A stretch of DNA of 63,631 bases, the filler included, from Octopus bimaculoides (Eukaryota), in the NCBI RefSeq assembly GCF_001194135.2. It is 8 parts of 6 records of this genome, joined end to end, with 100 filler letters (N's around TTAATTAATTAA, not from the genome) between each part and the next. Parts side by side here need not be neighbours in the genome. Positions count along the whole stretch, not along the records: positions 49,684 to 61,129 come from NC_069002.1; positions 61,230 to 63,631 come from NC_068984.1; 6 more parts are not named here. One strand, 5' to 3'. A program made the position numbers and the translations under genes. The notes under the pieces are model-generated. The model saw nothing but the letters and a program-made list of their open reading frames with translations. It searched no databases and was not told the origin of the DNA. This document shows positions 52,030 to 63,631 of the stretch, piece after piece (the first letter of the stretch is position 1; every line of letters starts with the position of its first letter).

Positions 52030-52490
52030 CTACTCTAGGCACAAGACCCGAAATTTGGGGGGAGGTGGCCAGTCGATTGGATCGACCTCAGTACGCAACT
52101 GTGTCTGTGTGTCTGTAATTGTTCTCCCGCCATCGCTTGACATCTGATGTTGATATGTTTATGTCCCCCGTAACTTAGTAGTTAAGCAAAAGAGACCGAT
52201 AGAATGAGTACTAGGTTTACAAAGAATAAGTCTTGAGTTCGATTTATTCGACTAAGACCCTTTAAGGCGGTGCACTAGCATGGCCGCAGTCCAATGACTA
52301 AAACAAGGAAACGAGTAAAAGAATATATATATATATATATAATGAGATCCTTTCAGTTTCAGTCTGTTAGAATGCTTTGGGCGGCCCTGGGCTATAAAAG
52401 AAGACACTTGTCCAAGGTACTTCATAGTGGGACTGAACCCACAGCTACATAGTTTGAAAGCAAGCTTCTTACCCACATACCCACGCCTGT
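52030..52490. mobile_element. Cluster of SINE fragments in both orientations
   Basis: Tail copy on plus (~52100-52320) and head copy on minus (~52345-52490). Confidence 0.75.
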
Positions 52491-53124
52491 ATCTAGAATT
52501 ATTTATATACTTAAACATGTGTTTATCCATATACGAAAGCTTCCATGTATATGTTTATACTTTGTAATAAACAATGTAAATAGATTTAAACAAATCAATA
52601 CTAATACCATTAGCAAGATTTGACCAACCGTCTATAACTGTAAGTTCTTTATTATATCTTCATTTAATTAAATGCTGCATCGGATTGAGATTGTGGTTAT
52701 TGGGAGGTACTGAGCCTTCCATTTCTTCGACAGGCGTGTATGGACGTATGCACACGTGCGCGTGCATATATCGATGATAGATGAGTAGATAAATGGTAGA
52801 TAAATAGATAGACATTTGGTTCGATCGATGGATGGGTATCTACACACATACATTTGCACACACACACACACACATATATATATATACTCACACGATAGCT
52901 TTACGCATACACTATACACAGACTCACACACATATACACACATGCTCCCATACGCACACACAAGTCCACATAGATTTAAGCTCGCCCCCATTCACACATA
53001 CACGTTCACATACGCGCTTATACACCCTAGTTCATCCGGATCACATCGCACAGCCGGTCTGAGTATTGAAACCACAATCTCACAATCATGAGTGCAATTT
53101 CCCTCAGCATTAGGATACATGCCT

Positions 53125-53156
<32 letters not shown>

Positions 53157-54112
53157 NNNNNNNNNNNNNNNNNNNNNNNNNNNNNNNNNNNNNNNNNNNN
53201 NNNNNNNNNNNNNNNNNNNNNNNNNNNNNNNNNNNNNNNNNNNNNNNNNNNNNNNNNNNNNNNNNNNNNNNNNNNNNNNNNNNNNNNNNNNNNNNNNNNN
53301 NNNNNNNNNNNNNNNNNNNNNNNNNNNNNNNNNNNNNNNNNNNNNNNNNNNNNNNNNNNNNNNNNNNNNNNNNNNNNNNNNNNNNNNNNNNNNNNNNNNN
53401 NNNNNNNNNNNNNNNNNNNNNNNNNNNNNNNNNNNNNNNNNNNNNNNNNNNNNNNNNNNNNNNNNNNNNNNNNNNNNNNNNNNNNNNNNNNNNNNNNNNN
53501 NNNNNNNNNNNNNNNNNNNNNNNNNNNNNNNNNNNNNNNNNNNNNNNNNNNNNNNNNNNNNNNNNNNNNNNNNNNNNNNNNNNNNNNNNNNNNNNNNNNN
53601 NNNNNNNNNNNNNNNNNNNNNNNNNNNNNNNNNNNNNNNNNNNNNNNNNNNNNNNNNNNNNNNNNNNNNNNNNNNNNNNNNNNNNNNNNNNNNNNNNNNN
53701 NNNNNNNNNNNNNNNNNNNNNNNNNNNNNNNNNNNNNNNNNNNNNNNNNNNNNNNNNNNNNNNNNNNNNNNNNNNNNNNNNNNNNNNNNNNNNNNNNNNN
53801 NNNNNNNNNNNNNNNNNNNNNNNNNNNNNNNNNNNNNNNNNNNNNNNNNNNNNNNNNNNNNNNNNNNNNNNNNNNNNNNNNNNNNNNNNNNNNNNNNNNN
53901 NNNNNNNNNNNNNNNNNNNNNNNNNNNNNNNNNNNNNNNNNNNNNNNNNNNNNNNNNNNNNNNNNNNNNNNNNNNNNNNNNNNNNNNNNNNNNNNNNNNN
54001 NNNNNNNNNNNNNNNNNNNNNNNNNNNNNNNNNNNNNNNNNNNNNNNNNNNNNNNNNNNNNNNNNNNNNNNNNNNNNNNNNNNNNNNNNNNNNNNNNNNN
54101 NNNNNNNNNNNN

Positions 54113-54153
<41 letters not shown>

Positions 54154-54304
54154 ATATGGGTGGGGGGCTGTATACATATATATTCCAGCAACACAGAGGC
54201 CACCAAGAACACAAACGCTAATACCAGCATCATGGACGTGATCTTCATTACCACCATCGCTGCTACTGTGACTACTGATACTACTACTACTACTACTACT
54301 ACTG

Positions 54305-54341
<37 letters not shown>

Positions 54342-55249
54342 GACATGTAACCTAACACCAAACTTAACCCACCACCACCACCGCCACCACTACCATACCA
54401 TCTCTAACCCCCGTTTCGTCACACCCAACCGTACCCCTCTCCAAAAAAACACACTCTCGTACGACAGACAAGTCCGGTCTAATGAATCGGTCACGTGACT
54501 CTTACATTTTACATTCTAGATGTGATTTGATCGTGGAATCACCTCATGTAAGATAATCCATGTGATGTGTGTATATATAAAGATAGTCGATATAGATTTT
54601 GTATACAATGAGTGCGTATATATAACATTTGCTATGTATATAATGTGTGCTTATATATGTGTATATGCAATGGTTGCCTATATATTAAATGTGCATATAG
54701 ATATGTGTGTTGTATGTGCAATGCTTGTATGCATGTAATGCGTGCATGTAATATTTGTATATATTAAATGTGTACGCCACGTACAGAACGTGTGTAATAT
54801 TTGTAAGCATATAGTGTAAGTTGGTGTGTGTGTTTGTGCGTGTATTTGTGTTTGTGTGTGCATACAATATGTGTAAGGCGCATAAATTTATATTATGTTA
54901 CCAGATACGTTAGGTTTCCGGTAGATACGGCAATCAGCTTTACGCATTCATATAACCACATACGTACATGCACAGATGCATACAATGATATGTATATATA
55001 TGTGCATACATATATATATATGTATACATATGCAAAAAAGAACAAAAACAGACACATACGATGAAGCGTGCGCAAACATGCATACATTCATGACGTATAG
55101 ATATTTGTGGACATAGACGTACGTAGTCACACATACACACACATACTCGCACACAGATATATATATAAAACACGCACTAACAGATGTAAATAGATGGAGA
55201 TAGATTTTAGCAGTAACTAGTAACAAATATTGGTTTTTCAATCTAAGCG

Positions 55250-56096
55250 TTTGCCCGTTCCCGCCCTATGACAAATAACTCGATTACGTCATTCCTGGAA
55301 GTATAAGAAGTAAAGTCGACCCTGACGGAATTTGAACTCAGAACATAAAAATGGATGAAATGCCGCTAAGCATTTTGCTCGGCGTGCTAACCATTCTGCC
55401 AGCTCGCCAACCCATGACAACTATTGATTTTTGGCACAGGACCAGCAATTTCGGGAGAGGGACTAAATTGATTAAATGAACCCTAATATTCAACTGGTAC
55501 TTATTTTATCGATGCTGAAAGGATGAAATGCTAAGTCGACCTCGGTGGAATTTAAACTCAGAACGTAAAGACGGACTAAATGCCGCTTAGCATTTTCTTC
55601 GGCGCGCTAACCATTCTGTCAACTCGCTGCCCTATGACATTGGTTTCACATTTCGACACAAGACCAGGAACTTCGGGGGAAGAAATAAATCACTTAAATC
55701 GCCCCCTGTGTTCAACTGGTACTTATTTTTTCGATGTTGAACGGATGAAAAGCAAAATCGACCTCAGCGGAATTTGAACTCAGAACGTAAAAACGAGCGG
55801 AATACCGCTCAGCGTTTTGCTCGGCTTGCTAACGATTCTACCAGCTTGCGCCTTAACAGAGAAAATTATTCTTTTGTACTCTTGGCACAAGGCCCGAAAT
55901 CTTTGAGGAGTGAGCCAGTCGATTAGATCGACCCCAGTATGCAATTGGTACTTAATTTTTTCGACCCTGAAAGGATTGAAAGGCAAAATTGACCTCGACG
56001 GAATTTGAACTAAGAACGTAAAAAAAACGGACGAAATACGGCTTAGCGTTTTGCCCGGCGTGCTAGCGATTCTGCCAGCTCGCCGTCCTAACAGAG
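55250..56096 (-). mobile_element. Head-to-tail array of four second-family SINE copies
   Basis: GGAATTT(G/A)AACT..GAAC and TTCT(G/A)(C/T)CA(G/A)CT blocks recur at ~220-240-bp periods. Confidence 0.88.
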
Positions 56097-56238
56097 CACG
56101 ATATTGAAAGAAGAATTGAAGAACCATGAAGACATACAAAGACCGTCCTCTCGTCTCACTCACCTCCCATAAACACAAATCACGACAGCTTTTCATAAAG
56201 AATGAAAGTGCGAGGTGATCTAGAGAGTGATATGAAGG

Positions 56239-56302
<64 letters not shown>

Positions 56303-56581
56303 CAGAAAGATGAAGATATACAGATAGAAATAGGTATGAAACCAGAGAGGTACAGTGAGAGAGAGAGATATAGAAAGAGGGTGTGACGGATATTTGCGTG
56401 TTTAAGTATCGTCTGCCTAGTTTTATCTCCACTGCCATCATTGTATATATGAACGGTTCCATTAGTGTAATGTATTCAGTTACCACTGTCTTGTGTTCTT
56501 CGCATAGCAACACCATACACAAAAGAAAATACACACTGGCACATGTTTTGTGTTGTGTTGTGTTGTGTTGTGTGTTGTGTG

Positions 56582-56614
<33 letters not shown>

Positions 56615-56616
56615 GT

Positions 56617-56655
<39 letters not shown>

Positions 56656-56744
56656 GTTACCAATATATGACTCTAATGTATTATAGTTCCATTCCGACTA
56701 GATACAGTACACACACGCACACACACACACACGCATACACACAC

Positions 56745-56817
<73 letters not shown>

Positions 56818-56949
56818 AGCGCACACACATGAATTTAATCAAGCATTTCTTTCTCACACCACTTCGCATCATTTCCCTTATATTCTTTCTCTTTCTAAAT
56901 GTAAATGTATATACATGCATATAGATATATATATATATACATACATACA

Positions 56950-56983
<34 letters not shown>

Positions 56984-57046
56984 CACATATATATATGTAT
57001 ATATGCGTACATGTTTATATATATCGTTATATTATATGTATGTGTA

Positions 57047-57267
57047 TGAGATTCTCAGCTTTTTTAGCTGCTATTTTTCTGAACTTCGGTATATGGTGAA
57101 GCAAATGTTTTGCTGATCCCTTAATTATATTTATAAATATATGAACTTTTTTTGAATAAGTTCTCCACCAATAATGGTGCTTTCATACCGTTGGGCTTGG
57201 TAAAAATTATTAATTATTAATTGATTTATTAATTAATAAATTGATAATTCCTTTACCCTTTTAATTT
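57047..57267 (+). mobile_element. 5'-truncated second copy of the hammerhead-bearing unit (lacks the ribozyme)
   Basis: Near-identical to 30304-30519, ending at the same ACCCTTTTAATTT. Confidence 0.9.
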
Positions 57268-57402
57268 ATATATATATAGATAGATATAGATATGCATATN
57301 NNNNNNNNNNNNNNNNNNNNNNNNNNNNNNNNNNNNNNNNNNNNNNNNNNNNNNNNNNNNNNNNNNNNNNNNNNNNNNNNNNNNNNNNNNNNNNNNNNNN
57401 NN

Positions 57403-57433
<31 letters not shown>

Positions 57434-58319
57434 CACTCTCACGCGTCACGCGCTCACAAACGCGCATATACGCGCACACATATATATAATTGTTTGTTAA
57501 CAGATGACAGCTGAAAGAAGGTAGGCCTTAGCACACCAAGAATTTAATAATATGTTGACTCAGCCGCAAATCTTCAAATGTAAAGACCCGAAGTAAAGGG
57601 AATTTTAACACGAATTTAAGATGAAAATATTACTGTCGCCTGTGATTAGTTCAGATCACGTGGTGCATACTTAGAAACAGCGACACATTGCTGATTTTGA
57701 GTATGTTTCGCGTGGCCCAAGCGGTTGTCTAATGTCGTTACATAGCCGGCGGTTTGCTGTTCAGCGTTTTTACTTTCTGACTGAACTAACTTTGCTAACG
57801 TATGTTGTATAAATTATATCAGAGTGATAATGGGCCCTGATAATAGTGTGTCTCTCTAGGTACAACAAGGTCTTTATACCTTGCAATTGTGCAGTTGTGC
57901 GTGAACCGTATAGGGCTATGGTGGATGATCTAGATTATCAGCAGCCAATGACTTGAAATAGAGCTGTTCGTTAAGTTAGAATCGAACTATCTTCAATTCA
58001 TGTTTTTGACTGGATTATCACTTATAGTCCGTTATTTGAAAACATTCTGTTGTTTAAATATTTATTATTCATCTATAATGGGTAAATGTGAATTTCCTCA
58101 TGTGCAAGCATCTCAAAGCTTGTTCATGTCTAGAATTAATTACGTTACATTTAGGTGCAAAAATGTGGTAAACTTCTTCTAAACATAAGTCACATTTTTT
58201 AGTTCCAGGTCTGTATGGTTTTGTAGTACAAATTTATTCCCAATTGATAGTATACGTTTTGTTTCTGCCTTTAATAGACCAGATTAATTTACCAAGACTT
58301 GTTTAGAATCTTATAGATA

Positions 58320-58470
58320 TAGGCGCAGGTATAGCTGTGTGATAAGATGTTTGATTCCGAACTAATTGGTTACGGGTTCAATTCCACCGCGTGGCACATT
58401 GGGCATGTGTCATCAACTATAGCCTCGGTCGACAATGAGTGGATTGGGTAGAAAGAAGCTGAAAGTGCGT
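58320..58470 (+). mobile_element. Major SINE 5' part
   Basis: AGGCGCAGG..GGGTTCAATTCCACCGCGTGGCAC..CTATAGCCTCGG..GTAGAAAGAAGCTGAAAG. Confidence 0.8.
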
Positions 58471-58604
58471 TGAATATACATATATACATGCATACATACG
58501 TATGTATGTGTGTGTATACACACATACGTGTATACACACACAAGCATACACACTTATATACATATATATATATATACACACATATATATATGTGTATATA
58601 TATG

Positions 58605-58635
<31 letters not shown>

Positions 58636-58761
58636 ATATATGTGTATGTGTGTATTTTTTTTTGTGTGTGTGTGTGCATACTCACATACATGTATACACA
58701 CACAAGCACACACACTTATATACTTATATATATTATACACTTATATATATATATATATATG

Positions 58762-58813
<52 letters not shown>

Positions 58814-59255
58814 NNNNNNNNNNNNNNNNNNNNNNNNNNNNNNNNNNNNNNNNNNNNNNNNNNNNNNNNNNNNNNNNNNNNNNNNNNNNNNNNNNNNNNN
58901 NNNNNNNNNNNNNNNNNNNNNNNNNNNNNNNNNNNNNNNNNNNNNNNNNNNNNNNNNNNNACTGATTGCAATGAGCTAAATTTCTAAGACGCTATAAAAA
59001 ACATTTTAGGTTAATGGTCTTATGAGATTCCTGGAAAATGTTCTGAAAGAATTAACAAGACAACACACATTGAATTTCCAACCCAACAAGCAATGTGAGA
59101 AAACCTCCCCCAACACTATTGGCAAACTTGTAATTATTTAATTCTTATTTATTTTTACCTTTCTATAAAGTTCTAACAACTCAATTATCTGATTTCACCT
59201 TGAATGATCTCTCTCTCTCTTTCTCTCTCTCTCTATTTCTCTCTCTCTCTCTCTA

Positions 59256-59303
<48 letters not shown>

Positions 59304-59524
59304 AATTATATCAAGTTATATATTTACATGTCTCGCTATCTATGTCAATCTGTCTATCTCTCCTCCTATTTGCATATATATGTATGTGTACACACACACA
59401 CACACACACATAAATGGGTGTATATATATATATATATATATATGCATATATATACCTGTGAGTCTTTTTGCTACTTTGTCTCTCTCTCTTCCTCTTTCTC
59501 CTTCTCTCTATCTCTCTCTATATT

Positions 59525-59564
<40 letters not shown>

Positions 59565-59677
59565 TAATGAGAGATAGATAGATAGATATACACATTTACA
59601 TATATATCCGTGTGCCTACCTAACTTCTATATTTCTGTCAATCCATTTTTCTGTCTATCTATCTATCTATCTATCTA

Positions 59678-59712
<35 letters not shown>

Positions 59713-60399
59713 CTATCATTCTGTCTTTCTGTCTGTCTGTCTCTACGTATGTATGTATATCTGTCTATCTATCCATCCAACTAATTATGTATACTGTCAT
59801 ACATACATACATACATACGTATGCATACAAATCCATTGTGTAACTGAGTGTATGTATGTAAGACGTTTATTGATGAGCGTGTTTATATATGTATATACAT
59901 TTTTTCTACAAGTTTTGTCTGTTTATTGCTGTTTATTTTCTAACGCTATTCTTTTCCTTCCTTGGTGAAAACGAGGCCGACCAAAAGATGGTACTCTTTA
60001 AAAGAAACGAAGGAATCAATGATTTTGTCCTGTGTGAGTGTGTATATATGCTTGTGTGTGCATGTATGCATGTGCTGTGCATATATACGAAAACAAGCAC
60101 ATATCTTCATAGATAAGTATATACACAAACACCAGGTGTGTCTATGTATGTATAAACGTGCCTGTGTGAGGGTTTTATGCATTTAGACAAATACATACAC
60201 ATTTGTGTATACGCATGCATGCGTCTGTACTTACATTGTGTGTTTGATTGGGTGGGTGTTGAGGGGGGGGATGTAAAATAAATTTTAAAAAATTAATTAA
60301 TTAGTTCTTTAAAAAAGAATTTTTCTTTTCAAGAAAGAAGTAACAAATATGAGTAAAAAAAAAATATGCAAAAACATATGCAAAAACAGCAAATGAACA

Positions 60400-60737
60400 A
60401 ACTGCATCATCACCATCATCGCCATTATCGTTATCCCCATCACCACCACCACTACTATCATCGTCATCATCGTCATCATCATCATCACTACCGCCACCAT
60501 CATGATCACTATCATCATCATCATCGTGGTCGTCGTCGTCGTCGTCGTCATCATCATCATCATAATCAATTATTATCCGCACAACCATCATCTTCATTAC
60601 CATCATTTTCATCATCATAATCATCGTCTCCAACGTCATCGTCATCATCATCATCATCATCATCATCGTCATCGTCATCATCATCATTTTCATCGTCATA
60701 ACCATCGTCTCCAACGTCATCATCATCATCATCACCG

Positions 60738-60776
<39 letters not shown>

Positions 60777-60825
60777 CAATCATCATCATCGCCATCATCA
60801 CCATCACCATCATCATCGCCATCAC

Positions 60826-60877
<52 letters not shown>

Positions 60878-60940
60878 GTCATCGCCATCATCATCATCAC
60901 CATCATCATCCTCATCATTATCATCATCATCACCTCCATG
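60400..60940. repeat. Long degenerate (CAT)n tract with an 81-bp higher-order duplication (60601 and 60682)
   Basis: CATCATTTTCATC..CATCGTCTCCAACGTCAT occurs twice, 81 bp apart. Confidence 0.92.
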
Positions 60941-61001
60941 ACCTCTCATCGTCTTCTTCATCGTTTTCTTCATCACCATTATCAAAAACGCTTCAGCATC
61001 A

Positions 61002-61039
<38 letters not shown>

Positions 61040-61469
61040 CAAGATAACAACAACAACAACGTCAGAAAAAGACAACACAACAACAACAACAACAACAACA
61101 GCAAACACCACCAGCATCAACACCACCACNNNNNNNNNNNNNNNNNNNNNNNNNNNNNNNNNNNNNNNNNNNNTTAATTAATTAANNNNNNNNNNNNNNN
61201 NNNNNNNNNNNNNNNNNNNNNNNNNNNNNGCCTCGTTGAAAACCTTAGCCATATTCGTTTTAAAGAATATGGCTAGGAACGAGGAAGATATGTTTGAATT
61301 TTTGGAAATAAGGCTCTAAATAGAGCTATTTCCGATTTGAAAAATATATGTTCACGAAGTATTTTGTGTTATACACAACTTATACAAAATTTTAAAACAA
61401 AATAGGTCTTTTAAGAGGTGAAAAATGCAACTTACATGGGAGCCGATGTGTCTACCGTCCGTCCATGAT

Positions 61470-61519
<50 letters not shown>

Positions 61520-61802
61520 AATAAGATGAATTCATATATGTACGGATATGTGCGTGCATGTGTGTGCGTTTGTGTGCGTGTGTTTTGTGTACATATGTCA
61601 ACTAGTCTAAATGAAAAATATTTTTTGAAAGTTTTCAATGAAAAATTATAAATATAAATTGAAGAGATTAAACTGAAAGAAAGTATGTCTAATAAACAAT
61701 GTATCTATATATACATATGTATATTACACATTCGTATGTATATGTATATATATGAATATATATTTATATACATATCTATCTGCCTCTCTCTCTCTCTCAG
61801 TA

Positions 61803-61851
<49 letters not shown>

Positions 61852-62591
61852 ACATTCAAACATATATCTCTTATATTGTATATCAGAAATTTATTCTTCT
61901 AGTTTTACTTCCCCTGTTTAGATTTATGTAAAATCTCCGAATAATTTATATTCATTCCTATAAGCACTTTCCGTAGATCATATATCATTTTGACTAACTT
62001 CGACTAGTAATGTTTTGAGTTATTGCGAAATTAATTTGCGCGCGCGCGCGTACACTCATGCGCATGTACGTACGTATGTATGTATGTATGTATGTATGTA
62101 TGTATGTGAGTGTATATATTTGTAAAAAAAAGCTTTTTCAAATATGTTGAAGACACAATGATGTAGTGCTTGATTTTTTCTATTAATGAGTTTTCATATA
62201 TTCTTAATATACATACCTTCATATTTTCTTAATATCGCCATGTCCATTAATATATTTCGAGACCTTCTTAGTTTAACTTTCTTAGTTAATCTCGTAAATT
62301 TTTCTGTTAATTCTGTGTAAAACGGTTATACTATTTAACTGAGTCATGATTGTATTATTGTCTGCTTTAATGACTACTTTTAAATCTGTGCCAGCTGATA
62401 AGGAAGTGATGCATTTGTGAGTTCTATTTAACAGTAATTTCAGTGGGCAGATTAGGTTTACACCTATCATATTTACATAAGAATTTAGTATTATATTAGT
62501 TATCTGAAGTATGTTATTTGGCTCATAGATGTGTGATTCCCGTTTCATGCAGTTTTAAATCCTACTGTTTTTTCAATATATTGCAATATAA

Positions 62592-62793
62592 TAGGCGCAG
62601 GCATGACTTTGTGCTAAGGAGTTAGTTTCCCAACTACATGTTTCTGGGTTCAGTCCCACTGCGTGGCACCTTGGGCAAGTGTCTTCTGCTATAGCCTCGG
62701 GCCGACCAAAGCCTTGTGAGAGGATTTAGTGAAAGAAGCCTAACGTATACATGCACACACAAACGCAGACACTCGCACACACACAAACGCACG

Positions 62794-62843
<50 letters not shown>

Positions 62844-63090
62844 TATATATATTTATTATATATTTATGTATGTACTTGTTTGTGCATGTCCACCACCACC
62901 GCCGCTTAACAGCCGCTGATATTTTGTTTACGTCCCGTAACTTATCGGTTTAGCCAAAGAGACCGATAGAATAAGCACCAGGCTTAAAAATAAGTACTGG
63001 CATCGATTCGTTCGACTAAAAATTCTTCAAGATGGTGCCCAGCATGGCTGCAGTCTAATGACTGAAACAAGTAAAAGATAAAAGATAACA
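62592..63090 (+). mobile_element. Full-length major SINE
   Basis: tRNA-like head, (CA)n spacer, conserved tail ending AAGTAAAAGATAAAAGATAA. Confidence 0.9.
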
Positions 63091-63631
63091 TGACGAAGAC
63101 TTCCATATTCTTTCTTAATACGATCCGTCAGATTCGAATGTGAATATACAAATCGCCGTTGTGTTTCATCACAGGACAACTCCTTTACGATGAATGTGTG
63201 TTCATGGCACACTCGATTCATTAGTTCAAAGAACTCTGTAACACCTAGTGTCTTGACATACTTGTGTCTCTTCAGCCACAGGTACCCTGACTAATAAATC
63301 TGTCAAGAAGTCGAGGCTCTTATTTATAACTTCAGTAAATAAATTGTTTGCTGATACATGTAAATGTTTACCAACTAATAATAAATCTGAGAATCGAAAC
63401 GACGGCTTATTCTTATTCTTATTCTTATACATTTCGCCAGATTCGTATATGTCAATATAGAACGCATTGTGTTCTAGTTTAAATGTTCACATTTTCATTC
63501 ATTCTGTTTCTACACGTATTTGCTTCATGTAGCATAGCTTGTTTATTGGTTAGGTTGAATTTGTTCTTGTGTATTATTCTATAGCTTGGTCCACAAACAG
63601 ATTCGCATATATATATATATATATATATATA

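Noticed and set aside
60301-61129. Long poly-Met/His/Asp ORFs
   Set aside because: Translations of the (CAT)n microsatellite. The same applies to ORFs built from (TA)n, (CA)n, (CT)n or N runs across the window.
63235-63285. Degenerate hammerhead-like fold on the minus strand (CUGAAGA GAC..GUC AAGA)
   Set aside because: The GAAA core is broken and stem I needs a bulge.

Overview
AT-rich, microsatellite-dense eukaryotic DNA with many N gaps. The SINE families and repeat landscape suggest a cephalopod (Octopus-like) draft assembly; this is inference. I found no intact, identifiable multi-exon host gene, CRISPR array, rRNA or true tRNA gene. The window is mostly decayed transposons: a hAT element, Dong/R4-clade LINE pieces, two Penelope-like elements (RT + GIY-YIG), two RTE LINEs, two CR1-type LINEs, a Tx1/L1-type ORF1, four Tc1/mariner remnants, a solo LTR, many tRNA-derived SINEs and a U6 pseudogene. 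The most interesting signal is a set of minimal type I hammerhead-ribozyme motifs in four unrelated non-coding repeat families. The best two are at 30156-30225 (canonical, inside a ~565-bp unit with 20-bp terminal redundancy) and 25597-25647. A third family is a tRNA-head + (AAT)n + hammerhead composite present as a ~750-bp palindrome. Together they suggest Penelope-mobilised, retrozyme-like RNAs. Other notable items: a 170-bp hairpin insert with a 12-bp TSD, a STAT/NF-kB-motif minisatellite, a fold-back inside an RTE, and a tandem SINE array. All alignments and folds were done by eye; many element boundaries are approximate.
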